64,000 bases of DNA, from positions 260,214,001-260,278,000 of the forward strand of contig OZ024743.1 of the NCBI GenBank assembly GCA_964016885.1, read 5' to 3'. Under the pieces are notes generated by a model. It searched no databases, was not told the origin of the DNA, and saw only the letters and a program-made list of their open reading frames with translations. Both the position numbers and the translations under genes were made by a program. Numbering within the stretch: position 1 is the first letter of the stretch; every line of letters starts with the position of its first letter. This document shows, piece after piece, positions 53,336 through 64,000 of this stretch. Source of the stretch: Eledone cirrhosa (lineage: Eukaryota).

Positions 53336-56300
53336 AGAAATATACAAGTAACGTTTTCGATTCAGAAACAAAAACATAAGTGTTTGAACTGTGAATATGT
53401 TGTGAATAAGTTGTAGAACACCTATTTATATGAATGATACATAAACTTTAACATATAAATACAGCGTTGTTATATTATATTACATTCATAAAGAAATATA
53501 CTAAGTAACGGTTCTTTTTGTTCTCGATTCAAACGATTCAAGAACAACGTTTAAAACACAGTTGTAGAATTAAAAACTAACTGAAAAGAAATATTACACA
53601 AGCTGTGAATAACTTTAAATTTGATTCTGACAGAACTTTGTCGAAACTTTTAAAGAAGATCATCGACTATTTTGAAAAATAAATACGAAATATTAGTGAA
53701 TAGACGAACTCATCATGGCAAAAAGTACAAGTCTCCTTCGACCAAATCGCAACTACAACCGTTGTATACATTGGAGCTACGAGCTTAACAAAGTATTATA
53801 TGAAGCATACAAACAATCTGAACCCCAAAAGTTCGGTTTTATGCAAAGGCTAAAAACTTTATGGAACTCCAAACACCCAGAATTAGACTTTTCTCCAAAG
53901 CATTTAAATGAACAGGCAAAACGTATCATTAGATGTAAATTGATACATCTAACGTAATTGAGTGATACTACAAATACAGCCCTTGTAGACAACCACCCCA
54001 CCTCCACTGACAGACAAAGAGAATGGCCAGCTAAATCTAACAGTGAACAGCTCACCAACAATTTTGCTGAAATCCATCCCACTTCCACTGAAGAACAGCG
54101 AGAAAGGTCAGCTAACTCTAGTAGTAATTGTCACCACATCAACAACGAGGCTGAAATTCATGACGCTACTGAACAAACAGAGCACCAAAAACTTGTGGAC
54201 ACCCTACAAGTGATATGGAACGATATGTTTCAAGAGATACACTGCCTTAATGTGAGTGACAGACCATACAACACCAGAATCAGTAAAGAACCCACTAAAT
54301 TGGAATTGGAAGCGGTGAACGAAATAGCTGGCAATTATCTGAAGGCTATACGATCTAAAGGTGTAGAAACGACATTTGAAACGCTTAATGTTTTGTTATA
54401 TGTTTCAGCTGTCACATTGCTATCATATAACACACATCTAAAATCACGCAATCAAGATACAAACAGAAAGCCTGAACCAGCGTGGATGCGAAATTTAAAA
54501 AGCAAAATTTTGTCCCTGAGACGAAGTATCTCACACATCGCAGTCGTTATGAAATGCAACATAGAGAGCAACTTCACACGACACCAGGAAGACCTAAAAA
54601 AAAGTTAGAGAGACGATTTGGAGATACAAAATTTAAAACTTTGAACTCCAAATTACAGTTGAAACAACAACTCACAACTACAACAGAAAGACTAAAATAT
54701 AAGTCAACAGCACATAAACGACAAGTGCTAAATAGATTGTTTGCCAGAGATCCTAAATCAGTTTATCGCAGCTTCGGTGGCAAAAGCTCAATCCCTGTAA
54801 ACGACACCCCTTCAAAAGAACAGGTTGAGAGCTACTGGAGATCTGTATGGGAAACGGATGACGGATTCAACAGACAAACCAATTGGCTAAAAGAACTGGA
54901 ACAGGACTACTGCCAACATGTCCAAACAAAACAATATGACATAGATGGGTCAATACTGGAAACAGCTCTACAGAAAATGTCGAATAGGAAATCGCCAGGC
55001 CCAGACCTCATTACAGGATACTGGTTGAAGAATTTCACTTTCTATCGGCAAGATCTCATACGGCTGTTTACAGAAACCATTAAAGGCACACAAGAACTGC
55101 CCAGATGGTTATCAACTGCCACTACTCTCCTCATTCCCCAAAATAGCCAAACCACCCTTGCTAAAAATTACCGCCCAATAGCCTGCCAAAACATCATGTA
55201 TAAATTATATACTGGGTGCCTTAACCTGTTCTTACAGGATCACTGTGCTACCAACAACATCATAACACCTGAGCAAGCTGGTGGAAAGAGGGAGGTGTGG
55301 GGTTGCATAGATCACCTACTAACTAACAAAATGATTCAGGAAAAAACAACAAAGAATCGCAGAAACATGACTGTGGTGTGGCTGGACTATCAAAAAGCAT
55401 TTGATAGTGTACCTCATGGGTGGATTATTAAGGCTTTACAGTTAGCTAAAGTCCCACAACCATTGGTAGCTGCTGTTGAACGCCTGACCAAGAACTGGTA
55501 CACCAATTTGATCCTTAGAGGTGAGAAGGAGCAAGTTAAGACTGATAAGATACATTACCAGAAGGGCATCTTTCAGGGTGATAGCTTGTCAGTGCTACTC
55601 TTCATTCTCTCACTGAATCCACTATCTTACCTACTCAGGAAACAAGGTGGACAAAGATGTGGGCCCAGAAGTATCTCCCATCTTTCCTTTGTTGATGACC
55701 TGAAGTTGTATGGCCAAATATCAATGACATCAAGAAACAATTGGACCTCATTACACAATTTTCAACCGACATCAAAATGAAATTTGGTGAGTCCAAGTGT
55801 GCATATTTGGCTGTAAAACGTGGAAGAGCTGTGCCCTCCTCTAAAAATCTAGAGATGAACGGCCTGACAATACAACCTCTACAGTCAGGTGACAACTACA
55901 GATATCTTGGACAGGATGAGAATGTCAGATATGATGGACCCATAAATGAGGAGAGAACCAGAACTGAATACCTCAGAAGAGTGAAGAAAATATGGTCATC
56001 AGAACTGTCAGCGTACAACAAATACATAGCCCACAATACTTATGCTGTGCCAATTCTAACGCCAACATTTGGCCTGCTGAACTGGTCATTGCAAGAACTA
56101 AGTGAGATGGATGTTAGAACTCGAAAACTTCTCAGTGTTACTGGAAACTTTAACATGAATGGTGATGTGGATAGGCTATACTTCTCACGCAAGAAAGGTG
56201 GCCGGGGTCTAAAATCAATATTAACAAAATATGAGACCCGGATAGTAACACTGAAGCAACACCTTCAACAGAGGAAACAGGTTGGCAACCATCTTGCCCA

Positions 56301-57300
56301 GGTTTATGAGCATGAAAAAAAAAATCATTAGAATAGCGACTGATCTGGAGGAGAGATATGGAATAAAGCCTGATATAAATCTCTCACCCAGAGAAGTCGG
56401 AAGATCCTATTCAATGTATAAACAAGATAAAAAAAATTGACCAATTTACAGAAAAAGTTGTGCATGGATACTTGAGGCGTAAAACACAGACCATAGAGGG
56501 GATAAACCACTCAAAAAGCCTGGCATGGAGTTCCGACAAGTTTATGACATCACACCTTGAGGAATATCTCTATGCAATACAGGAACAAGAACTCCCTACC
56601 AAATATCTGCTGCACAAAAGAGGAGGGCCAGCAGCTGACAATAAATGTAGGCTATGTAAAACAAAGATCGAGGATGTAAGCCACATTGTTGCCAGCTGCG
56701 AAAGAATGTCATCTCGCTACTACCTCTCCATGAGACACGATGGGATAGCTAGAACCATCTGGACCGCACTTCGGAAAACAAAATTAAAAACAAACGACGA
56801 AGAATATATTGAGACAGATGGCACTAAGGAATACTGGTGGAACCTGAAAATAAAAACTGCCACCAAATTAAAACACAACCGGCCTGATATTATTGTTAGG
56901 GACCACACATTGAAAACGTGTTCTGTTGTGGAGATCAGCTGCCCACTTGAAGTAAACGTTGTCAGAAAAATACAGGAGAAGGAGGACATCTACGGACCAT
57001 TGATGAGGAGTTTACAAATCCAGTATCCAAGATACACCTTTAGCTTCTTACCCATCATTATTGGAGCTACGGGTTATATACCAACCCGCTTGGACCAAAG
57101 TATGACTGAACTTGGATTTGCGGACAAAAAGCGCAGCTCCCTAATTCATAGTCTACAAATGGCTGTGATAGCTGGCACCTTCAAAATTTGCAAAACATTC
57201 TTGCGATTCAAGGGATGACAATTTCTTTTCTTTTACAACCTTGCCACCAGGAAGGTGGCCGGTCAAAAAAATATACTCGAAATTAAGAGAAAGAGATAAC
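53336..57300 (+). mobile_element. Near full-length R4/Dong-clade non-LTR retrotransposon inserted in (TACA)n
   Basis: Single disrupted ORF; (TACA)n on both sides; short 3' UTR with gccaccaggaaggtggc hairpin. Confidence 0.9.
53715..57218 (+). pseudogene. RT + CCHC zinc finger + REL endonuclease polyprotein, broken by stops and frameshifts
   Basis: N-terminal W..N..LY..Y..S.P..GF..RL..LW..HP domain. RT motifs KSPGPD, NYRPIAC, DYQKAFDSVPH, GIFQGDSLS, FVDDLKLY. Then CRLC..H..C, RHD, RPDII, EISCP. Confidence 0.92.
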
Positions 57301-57317
57301 ATTCATACATACATACA

Positions 57318-57675
57318 TGATGATGATGGCTGCCCCCTCGTTATCTAGTATGGCCATTGCACGATATACCATTATTAATAATTATTAATTAATTCTATCG
57401 TGCAATGCCTGTGCGTGAAGATATTTGTTAAAGTGAGGAAAGACTGTGAACTGAGCCAATCCCACTCTCTGAGCGGCAGTAGCTATAATCCGAAAAGAAG
57501 AAAAGATCAACATGATCGGTAACTACTAAGCCGCAGGTTTTATATCGGAGTTATCCCAGTTTCCTGAGTTGCCTTCTCCTAGAAGAATGCCCTGACAAAG
57601 GCTGGGGCTCCTTCATTCCCAGTGGTTTAACCGCGCGATCGGGTGTCCAGCCCGACTATATCCATGTCTCCGCGC
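57318..57675 (-). mobile_element. RTE-like non-autonomous element with (CAT)n tail
   Basis: Reverse complement of the 20159-20364 and 37223-37471 sequences. Confidence 0.78.
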
Positions 57676-57727
57676 ATATACATACATACATACATACATA
57701 CATACATACATACATACATACATACAT

Positions 57728-57999
57728 ACTCGATAACGAGGGGGCAGCCATCATCATCATGTATGTATGCATGTATGTATGTATGTATGTATGTATGTTT
57801 GCATGTATGTATGCTTGTATGTATGTATGCAGGCATGCATAAATGCATTCATGTAAATAAGACCATTGATTGCCTTAACCAGTAAAAAAACACTTAGAAA
57901 ACACCACAAATCCACCACTGACCTGCAGTCATAAATCTCACTAAACCAACCACCTACTCGCATCCCTATATTCCATAAACCAACCACAGACTGCACTAG
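57728..57999 (-). repeat. Inverted duplicate of the LINE upstream flank joined to its downstream flank
   Basis: Reverse complement of 53043-53270 + (TACA)n + 57318-57350. Confidence 0.88.
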
Positions 58000-59390
58000 C
58001 TACGGCTTATATACCAACCCGCTTGGACCAAAGTATGACTGAACTTGGATTTGCGGACAAAGAGCACAGCTCCCTTATTCATAGTCTACAAATGGCTGCG
58101 ATAGTTGGCACCTTCAAAATTTGCAAAAGATTCTTGCGATTCAAGATATGACAATTTCTTTTCTTTGACAACCTTGCCACCAGGAAGGTGGCCAGTCAAA
58201 AAATTATACTCGAAATTAAGAGACAGAGATAACATACATACATAACATCAATGATGATGTGGATAGGCTATACTTCTCACGCAAGGAAGGTGGCCGGGGT
58301 CTAAAATCCATATTAACATCATATGAGACCCGGATAGTAACACTGAAGCAACATCTTCAACAGAGGAAAAAGGTTGGCAACCATCTTGCCCAGGTTTATG
58401 AGCATGAAGAAAAAAATATCATTAGGAAAGCCACTGATCTGGAGGAGAGATATGGAATAAAGCCTGATATAAATCTCTCACCCAGAGAAATCGGAAGATC
58501 CTATTCAATGTTCAAACAAGATGAAAAAATTAACCAATTTACAGAAAAAGTTGTGCATGGATACTTGAGACGTAAAACACAGACCATAGAGGGGATAAAC
58601 CACTCAAAAAGCCTGGCATGGAGTTCCGACAAGTTTATGACATCACACCTTGAGGGATATCTCTATGAAATACAGGAACAAGAACTCCCTACCAAATATC
58701 TGCTGCACAAAAGAGGAGGGCCATCAGCTGACAATAAATGTAGGCTATGTAAAACAAAGATAGAAGATGTAAGCCACATTGTTGCCAGCTGCGAAAGAAT
58801 GTCATCTCGCTACTACCTCTCCATGAGACACGATGAGATAGCTAGAACCATCTGGAACGCACTTCGGAAAACAAAATTAAAAACAAACGACGAAGAATAT
58901 ATTGAGACAGATGGAACTAAGGAATACTGGTTGAACCTGAAAATAAAAACTGCCACCAAATTAAAGCACACCCGGCCTGATATTGTTGTTTGGGACCACA
59001 CATTGAAAACGTGTTCTGTTGTGGAGATCAGCTGCCCACTTGTGTAAACGTTGTCAGAAAAATACAAGAGAAGGATGACATCTACGGACCATTGATGAGG
59101 AATTTACAAATCCAGTATCCAAGGTACACCTTTAGCTTCTTACCCATCATTATTAGAGCTACGGTTTATATACGAACCCGCTTGGACCAATGTATAACGG
59201 AAGTTGGATTTGCGGGCAAAGAGCGCAGCTCCCTAATTCATAGTCTACAAATGGCTGCGATAGCTGGCACCTTCAAAATTTGCAAAACATTCTTGCGATT
59301 CAAGGGATGACAATTTCTTTTCTTTTACAACCTTGCCACCAGGAAGGTGGCCGGTCAAAAAATATACTCGAAATTAAGAGAAAGAGTGAA
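58000..59390 (+). mobile_element. Two further 5'-truncated copies of the R4/Dong element 3' end
   Basis: 58000-58232 corresponds to 57066-57300, and 58250-59390 to 56157-57300. Each ends in (CATA)n. Confidence 0.9.
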
Positions 59391-59454
59391 CATACATACA
59401 TACATACATACATACATACTACCTACATACATTATATGTGTATATATATATGCC

Positions 59455-59495
<41 letters not shown>

Positions 59496-60094
59496 CCCAA
59501 TTCTTTACTTTTTTCTTTGAGGATTTTTTGCTTCTTTATACATATTTCTTATATATATTTTTTATTCATCATAAACCCCAGGTGAAGTTGTTGGACATCT
59601 ATGACAAACAGGCAGCACAGTTTAGCTATTATTTCCGACCTCAACGACAGAATGATGGCGAGTTTCCTTGACACAGCATGACCTGTGATACGTAAATTAG
59701 ACTCTGATTAACCGCTCTCTACCTAACATAATCACACCAACTGTCCGATACGTGTCCACGAATTATTTACGATTACAATCATCCATATTCTTCTCTCTTC
59801 TCTCTCTTCTATACATTCTCTTATTCTGACATTCTTACAAGCATTCATATTCTCCTCTCTTCTCTACATTCTCCCATTCTTATATTTTTATATTCTTATA
59901 TTCTTACATTCGGTTATATGTAGTTTTCTAGATCTGGGTTTTCTCTTTATTTTGCTACAGTTTACTTTTAGGTTTCTAGTTATTTTTCATCTCTTTCTTT
60001 CTATATATTCCAATACGTTTCATTTCTTTATTTATTCATTCCTTCATTTATCTATTCATTCATTTATTTGTATCAGTTATTTGTTCATATAAAT

Positions 60095-60300
60095 AAATGT
60101 GTGTACATGTGTTTTTATGTAGGTATGTTTCCTGTGTGTAAGTGTTTTTATGTAGGTATGTTTCCTGTATGTGTGTGTTTTATGTAGGTATGTTTTCTGT
60201 GTGTATGTGTTTTTATGTAGGTATGTTTCCTGTGTGTATGTGTTTTTATGTAGGTATGTTTCCTGTATGTGTGTGTTTTTATGTAGGTATGTTTTCCTGT
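60095..60300. repeat. ~30-bp minisatellite tgtgtttttatgtaggtatgtttcctgtgtg
   Basis: Seen directly, 6-7 units. Confidence 0.9.
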
Positions 60301-60479
60301 GAAATGTGTAGTATACACGTATACTACACATTCTATATTTGTATGTGTGTATAGTTCTGTGTTTGTAGTTGTGTATATCTGTTTGTATGTGGGTATGCAT
60401 GTATATCGTACATATCATATATGTGTATATTTCGCAAAGATGAAAATTTAGTTTACGATATATGATAATTGGAGAAGGC

Positions 60480-60830
60480 AGAGAGAATGAGATAGTGGTT
60501 ATGAGAGAGTAGATTGAAAGGCAGACATAGAGAGAGGGAGAGGAGACAGAGGAGAATGGAAGAGAGAGAGCTGGTGGTGGGGTTGTGTATATATATATAT
60601 ATGTGAGTGTGTGTATGTATATATATATATAAATATATGTATGTGTATGTGTGTGTGTGTCTATGACCAGTGTATATAGAACACAGACACCTATATATAT
60701 ATGATGATGATTTCTAAAGAATGAAACAGTTCTAGTCCTGTAGAATATCATCTATATTAAAACTTTTATACTCTGCAATGTATTGAGTACCTTACTTACT
60801 GTGGTTACCTCCAATTCAACCCGGAATAAC

Positions 60831-60914
<84 letters not shown>

Positions 60915-61454
60915 GTATATATACGTATATATACGTATATATATGTATACAAGCACGTACATTTATATATATATACATACACACTCGGATATATATGGCC
61001 CTTCCAGTTTCATTTCACATTATATACATGTCTGTGTATATTTTAATTATTTAAAAATCGTTTTTAAGTGAACATGATTTTTAAAAAATATTTGGAAGTG
61101 AACGTGAACCAACGGGTCACGGGTGAGCTAGTATAATACTAAAAGTCTGTGATTGCTTGCTTGCTTGCTTCCTTGCTTGTCTGTAATGTAATTCAGCCAA
61201 AAGGGCGCATAATGAGAAAATACTTTGAAAGGAAATTGCCCCTGAGATGGGAATACAAATGGAATAAAATAAGTTTCGCGTAAATCCGACCACGGGTTCC
61301 CGAGATATAGGGTTTTTCCGGGTACCTTCATAAATAAAGAGAGAGAAAGATAGAGAGGAAGAGATGGTGGTTGTGACAGAGTAGATTGAAAGAGAGACAT
61401 AGAGAGAGGGAAAGGAGACAGAGAAGGAGAATGGAAGAGAGCTGGTGGTGCTGT

Positions 61455-61486
<32 letters not shown>

Positions 61487-61557
61487 AATATATATATAAA
61501 TATATATATGAGTGTGTGTCTATGACCAGTGTATATAGATCACCGACACCCACATAT

Positions 61558-61588
<31 letters not shown>

Positions 61589-61770
61589 CAAACACACACA
61601 TTTATATATACATAAACACTCGGATATATATGGGTCTTCCAGTTTCATTTCACATTATATACATGTCTGTGTATATTTTAATTATTTAAAAATCGTTTTT
61701 AAGTGAACATGATTTTAAAAAATATTTTGAAGTGAACGTGAACCATCGGGTCACGGGTGGTCTAGTATAT
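60480..61770. repeat. Local tandem duplication; first copy interrupted by a hammerhead-family fragment and (TA)n
   Basis: 60480-60700 matches 61340-61560, and 60980-61135 matches 61615-61770. The insert is 60700-60960. Confidence 0.8.
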
Positions 61771-61881
61771 AATGAAATTAAAATAAAATACAATAATAAA
61801 AAAAATACCTGTATATAAAAAAAACAAAATATAAAGTAATAACAGTGTAGACAAAGTATAAGCAGTAAAAACAAAATCTAT

Positions 61882-61922
<41 letters not shown>

Positions 61923-62047
61923 CACACACACACAGCCACACATATACACATATACACACATACCCACATACATACATAACCTTCTCACGTGCGCGCATAC
62001 ATGCATGCAAACACATATAGATACCTACACACACATAAATATGCACA

Positions 62048-62215
<168 letters not shown>

Positions 62216-62329
62216 CATATATATATATATATCCATATACACATACACACCCATACAGACACCCATATGTGTAAAAGAAATCATAATACTGAGCTAGAAT
62301 GAAACCAAAATACAGTTTTTTTTTAAATA

Positions 62330-62932
62330 ATAATTGTTTCTACTTTTGGCACAAGGTCAGCAATAACTCAGTGCATTACTGGTACTTTATTTTATCGACC
62401 CAGTAAGGATGAATGGCAAAGTTAACCTCGGCGGGATTTGAACTCAGAATGGCAAGGGCCGTAACTCTATGCGTCAAAGCATGGCGTCCGACTCTCTACC
62501 GATACTGCCAATCCACCGAAAAAATAATAATTGTTTCTTATAGTAATAATTGTTTCTACTTTTGGCACAAGGCCAGCAAATATCCAGTGCATTACTGGTA
62601 CTTTATTTTATCGACCCCGTAAGGATGAAAGGCAAAGTTATCCGCGGCGGGATTTGAACACAGAATGGCAAGGGCCGTAACTCTATGCGTCAAAGCATGG
62701 CGTCCGACCCTCTACCGATACTGCCAATCCACCGAAAAAATAATAATTGTTTCTACTTTTGGCACAAGGCCAGCAATTGCCCAGTGCATTACTGGTACTT
62801 TATTTTATCGACCCCGTAAGGATGAAAGGCAAAGTCAACCTCGGCGGGATTTGAACTCAGATCGTAAAGGGACGTAACTCTATGCTTCAAAGCATGGCGT
62901 CCGATCCTCTACCGATACTGCCAATCCACCGC
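62330..62932 (-). mobile_element. SINE tandem trimer
   Basis: Three head-to-tail family copies joined by ccaccgaaaaaataataattgtttc. Confidence 0.9.
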
Positions 62933-64000
62933 ATGGATCAGTTAGAGATGCGACAGGAGTAGTGATAGTCAGGGTGTTTCAAATAGAATCCTGTGGACGG
63001 TTAATAGATTGTCTCCAGAGATCAGAAAGCCGACCACAGAAACGCAAGCAAGGATGTATGAACAAGTTGGATATGTACCCATATGTTGTGATTGTATAAG
63101 TGTGTGTCTTTACGCGGGCGTTTTACGCTGTGTAAGATGTTATGCGCGTAGTACGTGCATAGGAACGTTTCTACGTGTGTATACGTTCTAATAAGTGCTA
63201 ATTTGTGCACGGTTCAGGTGTTCAGCAAAATGCAGGGCCGCCCCAGTGCGTGGGTGGGCCTGACTCCCATTGTCTGCATGCACCATGCACTTATTAAGCT
63301 CTTTTGTATATATATGCGTGTGTTTGTGTGTGCGTGTGTTTATGTTTGTATATATATATATGCGTGTGTGTGTGTGTGTGTCATTGGTAACCCTAATTAA
63401 TTTGTTCAATATTAGCACTACACTATTAAATCTGTATGTGAGTACTCTATTTCCTGAATTCATTTCAGTTAGCATTGAATAAGTTAGTGTGTGGCACGGT
63501 GTTACAATGTCTTAAGCACCTTATGGTACTGTGATTTCGTAAATTTACAGTGCAGAGCTCTGGTGATACCCGGGCAAATCTTGATTGTATGCTCCAAAGA
63601 CTCAAGTATAAGGTCTAATATACTGAGAAATATTATGAGAAAGGAAAATATTTTGAATATGTAAACACAGATGAAACATGAAATAAACGCTTTATTCGAT
63701 TTTAATATAAATCAATCAAATTTATTAAATTCTTTTCCCCCAAAGGATGCCCGGGGCCAACACACCGTCCCCCCTCCTCCCCTGCATGCTACTACCAATG
63801 CATGATAGACATTATTATTTTCTTACATTATTCTTTTGATTTCTGGTTGAATTAAGTTTTTTCCATTATATTTTGAATTCATCTAATTTCTTAAACAATA
63901 CAGATTGGAAAGCGTGTAATACATTATACAGGCTAATTTATAAGTTATGTTAATTTTTCAACTATGTAAATACGTATCTATGGCTGTATGTGTTCGTTTG

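Noticed and set aside
53043-57999. Inverted flanks as TIRs of a DNA transposon carrying an RT
   Set aside because: The right copy includes the empty-site junction, which indicates a local inverted duplication.
60095-60300. 30-bp periodic repeats as a CRISPR array
   Set aside because: No unique spacers, no cas genes, eukaryotic context.

Overview
AT-rich, microsatellite-dense metazoan DNA with no recognisable host gene and one 200-N assembly gap (34772-34971). The SINE and repeat make-up looks like an octopod cephalopod genome; this is inferred from recalled repeat families and was not verified. Nearly all ORF-track entries are microsatellite artefacts. Real coding relics: a near full-length but disrupted R4/Dong-type non-LTR retrotransposon (RT + CCHC + REL endonuclease) in (TACA)n plus related 3' fragments; Penelope-like (PLE, Naiad-type) RT/GIY-YIG fragments; L1/Tx1-like fragments; an RTE 3' fragment; a deleted Helitron; and a decayed mariner. 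There are about 15 copies of a tRNA-derived SINE. The main unexplained signal is about 20 type I hammerhead-ribozyme motifs (CUGANGA...GAAA...NUH), read by eye, in many sequence-unrelated short non-coding elements beside (TA)n. These elements repeatedly form head-to-head foldback palindromes and partial tandem multimers, suggesting a diversified PLE-dependent retrozyme population. Element families also appear partitioned by microsatellite target: (TA)n, (TACA)n and (TTA)n.
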